IMG/VR virus record: IMGVR_UViG_3300009509_000001
Location: 1-64,000 of that record
From: a virus
Direction: 5' to 3' (one strand)
DNA length: 64,000 bases
How positions within the stretch are numbered: position 1 is the stretch's first letter; each line of letters starts with the position of its first letter. A model generated the notes under the pieces. That model did not search any database. It was not told the DNA's origin and was given only the letters and a program-made list of their open reading frames with translations. Positions 55,410 to 63,076 of this stretch are shown in pieces. A program made the translations under genes and the position numbers.

Positions 55410-57233
55410 TCAGACCTCGTTTATGTTTACTAGCCTCGGGAAATAGGAAATGCTGTCCTTCTCGCTGACAGCTCCTCTGGTGGCGGCTCTGGTCACCGTT
55501 CGTTTAAGATTTTCACCCGCCAACTGCGTCATGAGATCGGGGTCCGTGCTCATGAAGTCCTGCGCACGGATGATCTCCGGTTCGAAAGGTGGCGGGCTCG
55601 CATGCGTCATAACCTGTTTTACACCGGCTGCCTGAAGCTTTCTGATCACGCGCGGCGTTATGCGCGTTCCAATGGTGTAATGCAGGTATGGCTGTTCTAA
55701 GTATAACTTATTCGCCGTAGTGACCGTTTTCAACCCAGCCCCCTCACGCGGCGTCCAATCGGCGGCCAACGTGTTGTAGTTTATCACGTCGTCCGGAAGG
55801 TGGCCGTTGATTCCCTCCGGGTCGGTGATGCGCACCTTGTTGACGAATTCACGGGCAAGGTACTCGAGATTCCGACGGTCGGTTCCGCTGTTCGAATTCT
55901 TCAGCAGGCTGCGAAGATGATTCAGGAAGTATACCCGGCCTTCGCCGATTCCCTTGTGCTTCACGAGCTCGGCGGCGTTGAGCATGCCGTTGGTCATCAT
56001 GTCGCCGGCCTCCACCGTGTCACCCTGTTTTACCGTGATGTCGTAGCCTTCGGGCACATAGTGCTTCTCACTGCCGACCCACAGAAACGTCCCGCCCTGG
56101 GCGGCCTTGGCGACTCTGGCGACCTTTCCGTCCACCTGGGACAGTACTGCGGCGCCAGGAAATTCCTTGGGCACCTGAAAAAACTTGTTGACGGCCTTGA
56201 AGCCGCTCTCCTGCTTCTGCGTGCTGCCGATCTCCCCGCCGGCATGCTTCGAGCTGATGGCGCTCTGGGTAAGCGGCTCGATGAAACTTCTGGCGCCCGT
56301 AATCCCCACGGTGTCGCCGATGTCCGGCAACGTCCCGGTTTCGCGCACTCCCGCGCACTTGGCGCAGATGCCCTCTTTGGCTTTGCAGTTCAGGGCGCTT
56401 CGGCCCACGATCTTCTTATCCTTGATCAGCGCGGAGTTCTCGTCGTCGATGATCGTCCCTGCCGGAAGACCCGCGATCGGCTTGGCCAGCACGGTTCCGA
56501 TGTTGTCCGGATCGTCGCCGTCCAGCTCGAGGCCCTCGGTCGTTCCGCAATCCTCCGTGGTCACCACGTCGCGATGACTCACGTTGGTGAGTTGCTTTCC
56601 GAAGTAACCGCTGTCGGCCGTCGCGAACTGCACGTCCACGTAACCTTTGCGCCCGCCGTGACTGGCGGCCCAGTAGGACAGTGGGCTCACGCCCTCGGCG
56701 TAGCCCTCTAAGTTTGGATAAGGCACGGGCCTTCCCTTGGAGTCGGCGCTTATGAGGTTGCCGAGCAGCAGCTGACGCAGCTGAAAGGCTTTACCGCGGC
56801 TCCCGCTGTTGATCTGGAGTGCGAACGCGCCATTGCGGTCGCTGACCGCCTTCAACAGGTCGTCGTCGATCGTGGCGCTGAAGTCCTGGACCATTTTGAG
56901 GACGGCCTGCTCCTTCTGCTCTGGGCTCAGCAGCGGGCTGTCATACGTCTGGTCGACCTTTTCCTTCAAGGCGTCGCGCCGTTGTTTGATCTCCGGCGGG
57001 ATCTTGAAGTCTTCAAGGCTAAGCGAGGCTTCGCGACCGTACAGCGACGCCACGTTGATGCCGATCGTGTTCAGCTTCTGGAGCGACTCGACATACTTGT
57101 CGGGGTCTTCCTGGGCCATGCGGGTGAACAGCTTGCCGACGGCACGCTTGTCCAACGCTCCCTGGAAGTCCTTGTAGCCTTCCGGTAGTGCTTCCCTGAC
57201 CTTTTCACGGCCCAATGTGGTTACTGCGCTCAT
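55410..57233 (-). CDS. rpoC: Phage multi-subunit RNA polymerase, beta' C-terminal half (607 aa)
   Basis: TTLGR start; INSGSRG; bridge helix HGGRKGYVDVQFATADSGYFGKQL; Zn site EDCGT...NCKAKEGICAKC; trigger loop EPLTQSAISSKHAGG. Confidence 0.93.
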   Translation of the reverse strand: MSAVTTLGREKVREALPEGYKDFQGALDKRAVGKLFTRMAQEDPDKYVESLQKLNTIGINVASLYGREASLSLEDFKIPPEIKQRRDALKEKVDQTYDSPLLSPEQKEQAVLKMVQDFSATIDDDLLKAVSDRNGAFALQINSGSRGKAFQLRQLLLGNLISADSKGRPVPYPNLEGYAEGVSPLSYWAASHGGRKGYVDVQFATADSGYFGKQLTNVSHRDVVTTEDCGTTEGLELDGDDPDNIGTVLAKPIAGLPAGTIIDDENSALIKDKKIVGRSALNCKAKEGICAKCAGVRETGTLPDIGDTVGITGARSFIEPLTQSAISSKHAGGEIGSTQKQESGFKAVNKFFQVPKEFPGAAVLSQVDGKVARVAKAAQGGTFLWVGSEKHYVPEGYDITVKQGDTVEAGDMMTNGMLNAAELVKHKGIGEGRVYFLNHLRSLLKNSNSGTDRRNLEYLAREFVNKVRITDPEGINGHLPDDVINYNTLAADWTPREGAGLKTVTTANKLYLEQPYLHYTIGTRITPRVIRKLQAAGVKQVMTHASPPPFEPEIIRAQDFMSTDPDLMTQLAGENLKRTVTRAATRGAVSEKDSISYFPRLVNINEV

Positions 57234-57237
57234 TTAT

Positions 57238-57942
57238 CTACTTCAGGGGTTCGGGCACGCCACCTGCCGCCCATGATTTCGCGGATTCATGAAGACCAGC
57301 CGCAGCACCGCCGTAAAGCAACGTTCGAAGAGCCGTTGCGAGGGCGCCTTTGCCGGCGGTTTTCAACTTTGCACGCGTCGGGATGCCCGGCGCACTCTTT
57401 ATCTTTCCTGGGCTGACGTTCATCCCCTTCGGAGCATTTACTCCGATAGACATCTTCTTGGGCTTTCCAGCCTGGGCAGCCTCGAACTTGGCGAGTTCGC
57501 CTGCCTCGAGCTTGTTAAGATCGTACAAAGACTTCAAACCGCTCCCAATGCCAAAGACGGGTGCAGCGACTCCGGTGACCTTGGCTACGTTCCCGGTTGC
57601 GGCATCCGCAGCCGTCTCGAGAATCCCGCGATTGGCGAGTTTCTTCTTTTCGGCGAGAAGCTTGTCGTAATCTTCGTATTCCTTTTCCTTCTTCTTGCCC
57701 TGGGCCGACAGGTACGAGCCGACCCCGGCCCCGGCAGTGGCACCGAGGCCAGCGCCGAGTATGCCGGCACCCGCGCCCTTCAGTCCGAGCCCGTAACGCG
57801 TAAGCAGGTAGCCCATTCCGCCGCCGCCGAGAGTGGTCAATGCCAGAAGCATCGCACGTTGCTTGGATGCATCCTTGCTCGACGGCTTGGCGTCCTTCTT
57901 GTCTTCGTCGCCCGCTGTTTTGTAAAGTAGGTACTGTCGCAC
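57238..57942 (-). CDS. Glycine-zipper membrane-active protein, ejection-protein candidate (234 aa; GTG start 57942)
   Basis: SD AGGAGG 7 nt upstream; LLALTTLGGGGMGYLL...GAGAGILGAGLGATAGAGVG; N-terminal LYKTAG. Confidence 0.6.
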   Translation of the reverse strand: MRQYLLYKTAGDEDKKDAKPSSKDASKQRAMLLALTTLGGGGMGYLLTRYGLGLKGAGAGILGAGLGATAGAGVGSYLSAQGKKKEKEYEDYDKLLAEKKKLANRGILETAADAATGNVAKVTGVAAPVFGIGSGLKSLYDLNKLEAGELAKFEAAQAGKPKKMSIGVNAPKGMNVSPGKIKSAPGIPTRAKLKTAGKGALATALRTLLYGGAAAGLHESAKSWAAGGVPEPLK

Positions 57943-57953
57943 TGTCGGCCTCC

Positions 57954-58685
57954 TTATCGAGCCAGCTTGGTTTTGCTCCAATCGATGACGCTGGCCGTTT
58001 TCGGCAAGGTTTCACCTGGAGGGAGCCCGGCATCCATCTCTGAAAATCCAGGAGCTCCTGAAAGTTGGTCTGCAGCGAGGGCCGCTGCCGCATTGTCGAT
58101 TTCGGACGGTTCGGCCTGCGCCGGCGTCGGTTCGGTATCGCCGCCCATGCCGACGTCACCGGCCGGAAGCTGCACGCCCATGGCTGCAGCCAATGCCGAC
58201 AAGCGATCGTCCACGGCCTGCATTTTGGCCATGATGTCCTTGTTCGTGGCGCGGCCGGATTCTTCTTTCTCCTTGCCGCCGCTCACTTCCTGCAAAATCT
58301 GCTGAAGGTCTTCGAGATTGAGCTGAACGGGGGTTCCCGCCGCCGCTTCCATCTCTTCCATTCCGGGCTCCGGGGGCATTCCGCCGCCCATTGCCATTGC
58401 AGCCATCGGATCACCGCCCATAGCTGCCATCGGATCACCGCCCATTGCGACCGGGTCCATCGGCATTCCGCCGCCGCCCATTGCGGCCATCGGATCACCG
58501 CCCATAGCTGCCATCGGATCACCGCCAGGAGGCATGCCACCCATTGCGGCCATCGGGTCCATCGGCGGGGCACCACCACCCATGGCAGCAGCCTGAGCTT
58601 CTTGCGTTACGGGGTTGAAGGCGTTCTTTTTCAGCCCGTTTCTGGCCTCGGCTGCCTGTTTCTTCAATAGGTTAAGGTCAATCAT
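57954..58685 (-). CDS. Met/Gly/Pro-rich low-complexity internal protein (243 aa; ATG 58685)
   Basis: SD AGGAGG; MIDLNLLKKQAA...; GGDPMAAM repeats; LPKTAS near the C-terminus. Confidence 0.7.
   Translation of the reverse strand: MIDLNLLKKQAAEARNGLKKNAFNPVTQEAQAAAMGGGAPPMDPMAAMGGMPPGGDPMAAMGGDPMAAMGGGGMPMDPVAMGGDPMAAMGGDPMAAMAMGGGMPPEPGMEEMEAAAGTPVQLNLEDLQQILQEVSGGKEKEESGRATNKDIMAKMQAVDDRLSALAAAMGVQLPAGDVGMGGDTEPTPAQAEPSEIDNAAAALAADQLSGAPGFSEMDAGLPPGETLPKTASVIDWSKTKLAR
58371..58585 (-). repeat. Coding repeats GGDPMAAM
   Basis: gccatcggatcaccgcccat at 58402, 58426, 58486 and partial at 58510. Confidence 0.85.
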
Positions 58686-58704
58686 GATTCCTCCTGAGTT
58701 TCTA

Positions 58705-58714
58705 TTTAATATAG
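58705..58714 (-). promoter_or_regulatory. Candidate late-promoter element CTATATTAAA
   Basis: In the intergenic gap after the RNAP stop, 20 nt upstream of ATG 58685; identical to 28086-28095. Confidence 0.4.
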
Positions 58715-58716
58715 TC

Positions 58717-61700
58717 TTATGCCTTGCTTTTTTCCAATATGACGATCGGCGTGTCGATGTCGATCTCCCCGGCGTTGAACGCTTCCTGCGCTTCGCGCAT
58801 GGTTCTGAACGTACGCTTGGCCTGGCCCTTGCCCGGCCGCGTGGCCAGATACAGCCCCTGTACGAACTGCTGGCGCGGTACGTAGTGGGCCGTGAAGTCA
58901 CGCGGACTCAGGAGGTTAGCTTCGGGCGTCATCTTGGCCCTGGCCTCCTCGACCGCCTCTTTGCTGACGGGAGCGTAATAGGTCACGCTGTCTCCGTCGA
59001 AATCCATACCGTAAGGTTCGACGATGCTGGGGCTCACCTGCACCGACTTGCCTTTGACGAGCACCGGTTCGAACGCCATGACTCCGTACTTGTGCAGCGT
59101 CGGTGCCCGGTTCACGATGACCGGGCGTTCCTTGACCGCTTCGTACAGGAAGCTCTCGGCCTTCTGATCGCGATCCTTCACGCGCTTGATGGCGTCGGTC
59201 GGCGCATAACCGCTCTTCACCATGTTGCGGACGACGAACGGCTCGAAGACGTCCCAGGCATCCTTGATCGGAATGCCGATCTTGTTAAGGGGCATGGACG
59301 GGTTCGGCGTCACGACGCCGCTTCCGGCCAGGTTCATGGCCGTACCGAGCACGCGGCGGTGATAGCCACCGTACTTGGCGCTCCCCTTTCCGAGTGCCCA
59401 CTTGAGCAGGCCCTGGACGTTCTTTTCCTGGAGCTTGGCGTCGTCGGGATCATACATCCCGGTGAGTGCCTTGTAGGTGTTGTACATCTGTTTGCGGGCG
59501 CCCTTTATACTGCTGTCGGGCAGTCGCTCGCGAGCCGAACGCATGTCGTCGCGGGCGAACACCAGGCTGCGGTACAGCATATTGGCATCGGCCGTGATGT
59601 TCGTGCCGTCGAGCTGCGTAACCGGGCGGAACTTCGGCGGGAGCACCGGGACACGCTCCATCATGAAGTCTTTCGGGTGAACGTCCTGTTCCTCCATGCT
59701 CTTCAGGAACCGGTAACGCTTGAGCGCCTTGTCCTTCTTGCTGGGCGTACTTCCCTTCAGATCCTCCATGGCGCCCTTGACCGCGGCCTTCATGTCGATC
59801 TTGGCCAGCGCCGCCTGTATGGCGGCTCCGCCGGTCTTGTCGCCGATGGCCTCTTCGCCGCTCATGACGGCGTTGAATTTCTTCTGCGTCATTCCGAGTA
59901 CGCTGGCGAGCGCAGGCTCCATGACCGGGTTCGGTAGTGGCTCGTCGAGCTGAATGTAACCCCAGCCGGTGCCGTCGTCTCCGAAAATCTTCGGATCGAA
60001 CAGGCCCCCGTCGATCGGCTTCATGGTCTTCTGGTCGAAGGTGCGGGCGACCCCGAGCTCATGGCCTTTGGCCAGATCCTTGGCCTGGCGGTCAGTCATT
60101 CCGAAAAAGTTGATGCGGTCGGGCTGCTCATCGACGTTGATGCCGGCTCCCTTCAGATGCTCGTAGAACTTCTTGTTGACGATGGGGGTGCTCGGCATCT
60201 TGGGCACGCGGCCCATGCGGAAGTCACGCCAGAACTCGTCGTTGGCCTGGCCGCGGATGAGCTTCGCGTCCTTGAGTACCTTCATGGCTCCGTGGCTCAC
60301 CAGCGCCGACGTGTGAAGTCCCCCGATGAACTTGGAACCATGCTTGCCGCCTCTGAGCGGCGTGTCCTCACCGGAGGACGGGCCGACTCCACGGCCTTTG
60401 CCTTTGTCCTCGGCCATATGCATCAGTCTGTAGTAGAAGGCTTCGCCTGTGAGGACTTCGGGTATCTTGCGGCCGGTCACGGGGTCATATAGATCTTCGT
60501 TGGCGCTCAGGCCGGCCTGCTTCAGTTTTTCCTCGTACTTATCAATCATCTTTTCGTCGAATCCTTCGACGATTTCGGGCTTCCCGGTCTTCCTGGCCAG
60601 CTTTCCGGCAAGCGCTTCGGTGACCTGCATCGGATTGACGCGGCTGATTATGCCGAGCGGGCTCAGCAGCACATCGTATGGGTTGCCGTCCTTGTCCAGC
60701 GGCATCTCGTTGTCGGGAAGAATGTTCACCACGCCCTTGGCTGCATATCGGCTGCTCATTTTGTCGCCGTTGCGCATGGGCACGTTGGCCCTGGTGTAAA
60801 CCGTGGCGTGCTTGTCGCCTTTGTCGGCTTCCACGACCTTGCCTTCGTAATCGTGATCCCAGGTTTCGACCACGGCCGTGCGGGTCTTGCGTCCCAGGCT
60901 GCCGGGCTTGGCCTCGTTGTGCCTGACGGCCACGATCATCGGGTCGCCCTTGCGCAACACGGTGCCGGGCTTCACGATCCCCTGGTCGGTAAGCGTGTCC
61001 ATCTGGTCCTTGGTGAATCGGCCGGAGAACTTGCCGATAAATTCCTTCTTGTCAAAAGCGGTGTTGGTGGAGACGGGTACGCGCTGCTTGTACATCTTCT
61101 CGGCGGCGAGCTTCTTGGCTGCCGATTCGGAGATCGTGATCGCGTCTTCGTATGCGTGACCCTTCCAGTTCATGTAGGCTACGCGCAGATTGCGGCCCTG
61201 GGCTGCGACGCCCTTGTCGTCCGTGTAGTTGGTCGTGGCCAGAACCTGGTTGGGTTTGACCTCGTCGCCGACCTTAACCTGCGGAATGCTGCGCAGGTAC
61301 CCCTTCTGGTTGAACGGGTGATTGTTGTACAGATCGTATGTCTCGGTGCCTTCGGGTCCGCGGATGGTGATGCTGTCGGCGTCCATGGCTGCAACAGTCC
61401 CCTTGATCGTGGACTTCCGCACACCCATCATCTGCCCGATGTCCTCTTCGGCCGTGCTGGTGCCCTGGCGACTGCGTACGAGTGGAGCTTCACGCTGCGC
61501 AAGCGGCATCGCCTGGACGCCGTACTTGCCACCCATCTGCAGGCGGTTGGACATGATCCCGCTCTTCCCGGGGACGCTGTTGGAGCCCTTGCTGAACATG
61601 TTGGAGTCGTCCATGATGTAGTAGTCCACGTCCTGCTTGGGGACGATCTTCACGCCCTTGCTTCCGTGGATGGCCGGAACGAACTTTCCCTTGGCATCGA

Positions 61701-63075
61701 ACTCCTTCTTGGTCGCCACGCGGCTGCGGGCGGCCGTCAGACTGTCGACCCATTCTTCCTTGCCGGTCTTGGCATTGAACATTTTGGTGTAAAGCCGGCC
61801 ATCGTCGCCCTTTCGGACACCGTTGGCCAGGTACAGATCCAAACCGACGCGTAGAGATTCCACGCTGCGGACGGGGTCGACGAAGCCGGCAAAGCTGTCC
61901 TGTACCGCCCGAGTCTCGCTGGGAGCCGTGCGTACACCGCTGATCCCACCTTCGCCAATGCGGCTGATCTTCGTGCTCAGGTCGATGGCTGAAAAGGGAC
62001 TGCTCCCATCGATATAACTCGCATGACGTGACTCGTTGAATATTGCATCGACGTGTTTATTCATGGGAGCAGTCGGTATATCATCGAAATTACCGCGACG
62101 CGATATGCGCCACAGCAGATTCCGCGCTATGCCCCCACCGTCACGCACGATGCGCTCGGCGAAATAATCGGCGGGTCCGTCCACCTTCTGAAATTCAAGG
62201 CTGTCTCGATAATCCTCCCCGGCTTCTCCCCGGCTAAGCTTCAGGACCTTGCCGGCCGATTCCAGAAGAGTCTCGGGCGTGAGCCTCGGGTGTGGGCGTC
62301 CAAGCGTAATCTCGGTGGATACCGGGTCCAGCTCTGTACGCTGGAGCTTCTCGATGAGCTCGTCGTATTGGGCGGACTTGTCCTGCGCCGTTTTCGGTAT
62401 TCCACCCGTAAACCGCTGCGTCGGCTGCTGGATGTCGCTGGCACGTCGGTTGACGTCCAGGAGCTCGGCGCCCCACTGTTGTTTGATCTGATCGTCGGTC
62501 ATCCCCTGCCGTTTCAGGATCGTGTAAAGTTTGTAACCCCTTGTTCCCTGCTTGAGCCGGAATATGCCGGTCTTCGGGTCGAGCTCGATCTTGAACTGGC
62601 CGCCGGTACCCTGCTTCGGGTTTACGTGGGCCTCGAAAAAGCCGTTCTCCTTCTTGCGCGTGTATACGCCCGGCGTCAGTCTGAACATGTAGTTGATCGA
62701 CTGTTCGCTGCCGTTGCGGATGAAGGTTCCCCGTTCCGTCATCCACGGCACGTTCATGAGCACGCGCGGATTGCTCGTGGTGGTTTCCCCGGTCTCCTTG
62801 TTCGTTAGCTTCCAGCGACCGCGCAGCTTGGCGGTCACGCTGCCGTTCTGAAGCACGGCCTGCTTCTCGTCCCGGAGCCTGGGTTTGTATTCGTCGTAAT
62901 CGACACCGTCGACATCGAGCACGAAGCGTTCGTTCTCCAGCGGGAAACGCTGTCTGAACGCGCTTTTCGTGTTGTCGAGGATCCGTTGGCGCACCTGGGC
63001 GTAGTCCGTCGGGCTGTATGGCTTCGACTTTGCACCGACAACCGGATCCAGTAGACGGGTCTGGAAGTCCTGCAT
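58717..63075 (-). CDS. rpoBC: Phage multi-subunit RNA polymerase: complete beta (~982 aa) fused to beta' N-terminal half (~470 aa), 1452 aa
   Basis: Beta motifs PWMTERGTFIRNG, HAYEDAI, GDKMSSRYAAKG, ISRVNP, RLMHMAEDK. Junction near 60130 (AGINVD/EQPDRI). Beta' motifs PVLPPKFRP, NRAPTLH, catalytic YGMDFDGD (58990-59013). Confidence 0.95.
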   Translation of the reverse strand: MQDFQTRLLDPVVGAKSKPYSPTDYAQVRQRILDNTKSAFRQRFPLENERFVLDVDGVDYDEYKPRLRDEKQAVLQNGSVTAKLRGRWKLTNKETGETTTSNPRVLMNVPWMTERGTFIRNGSEQSINYMFRLTPGVYTRKKENGFFEAHVNPKQGTGGQFKIELDPKTGIFRLKQGTRGYKLYTILKRQGMTDDQIKQQWGAELLDVNRRASDIQQPTQRFTGGIPKTAQDKSAQYDELIEKLQRTELDPVSTEITLGRPHPRLTPETLLESAGKVLKLSRGEAGEDYRDSLEFQKVDGPADYFAERIVRDGGGIARNLLWRISRRGNFDDIPTAPMNKHVDAIFNESRHASYIDGSSPFSAIDLSTKISRIGEGGISGVRTAPSETRAVQDSFAGFVDPVRSVESLRVGLDLYLANGVRKGDDGRLYTKMFNAKTGKEEWVDSLTAARSRVATKKEFDAKGKFVPAIHGSKGVKIVPKQDVDYYIMDDSNMFSKGSNSVPGKSGIMSNRLQMGGKYGVQAMPLAQREAPLVRSRQGTSTAEEDIGQMMGVRKSTIKGTVAAMDADSITIRGPEGTETYDLYNNHPFNQKGYLRSIPQVKVGDEVKPNQVLATTNYTDDKGVAAQGRNLRVAYMNWKGHAYEDAITISESAAKKLAAEKMYKQRVPVSTNTAFDKKEFIGKFSGRFTKDQMDTLTDQGIVKPGTVLRKGDPMIVAVRHNEAKPGSLGRKTRTAVVETWDHDYEGKVVEADKGDKHATVYTRANVPMRNGDKMSSRYAAKGVVNILPDNEMPLDKDGNPYDVLLSPLGIISRVNPMQVTEALAGKLARKTGKPEIVEGFDEKMIDKYEEKLKQAGLSANEDLYDPVTGRKIPEVLTGEAFYYRLMHMAEDKGKGRGVGPSSGEDTPLRGGKHGSKFIGGLHTSALVSHGAMKVLKDAKLIRGQANDEFWRDFRMGRVPKMPSTPIVNKKFYEHLKGAGINVDEQPDRINFFGMTDRQAKDLAKGHELGVARTFDQKTMKPIDGGLFDPKIFGDDGTGWGYIQLDEPLPNPVMEPALASVLGMTQKKFNAVMSGEEAIGDKTGGAAIQAALAKIDMKAAVKGAMEDLKGSTPSKKDKALKRYRFLKSMEEQDVHPKDFMMERVPVLPPKFRPVTQLDGTNITADANMLYRSLVFARDDMRSARERLPDSSIKGARKQMYNTYKALTGMYDPDDAKLQEKNVQGLLKWALGKGSAKYGGYHRRVLGTAMNLAGSGVVTPNPSMPLNKIGIPIKDAWDVFEPFVVRNMVKSGYAPTDAIKRVKDRDQKAESFLYEAVKERPVIVNRAPTLHKYGVMAFEPVLVKGKSVQVSPSIVEPYGMDFDGDSVTYYAPVSKEAVEEARAKMTPEANLLSPRDFTAHYVPRQQFVQGLYLATRPGKGQAKRTFRTMREAQEAFNAGEIDIDTPIVILEKSKA

Positions 63076-63076
63076 A

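Noticed and set aside
58686-58901. N-terminal 72 codons of the track's 315-aa ORF overlapping the RNAP 3' end
   Set aside because: A strong AGGAGG precedes ATG 58685; the extension is an out-of-frame overlap with the RNAP gene.
13012-61854. Long plus-strand ORFs (e.g. 13012-14238, 25689-27461, 33846-35771, 38351-40006, 53276-55468, 58615-59937, 60808-61854)
   Set aside because: Each mirrors a well-supported minus-strand gene. Such stop-free antisense frames are expected at high GC3, and they contain no recognisable motifs.
55410-63075. Host chromosomal rpoB-rpoC locus
   Set aside because: No flanking rplKAJL/rpsL genes, strong divergence and domain loss, and the genes are embedded among capsid-assembly genes.
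58717-63075. Intein or intron in the RNAP genes
   Set aside because: Conserved motifs follow in order without large insertions; no intein terminal signature or homing-endonuclease motifs seen.
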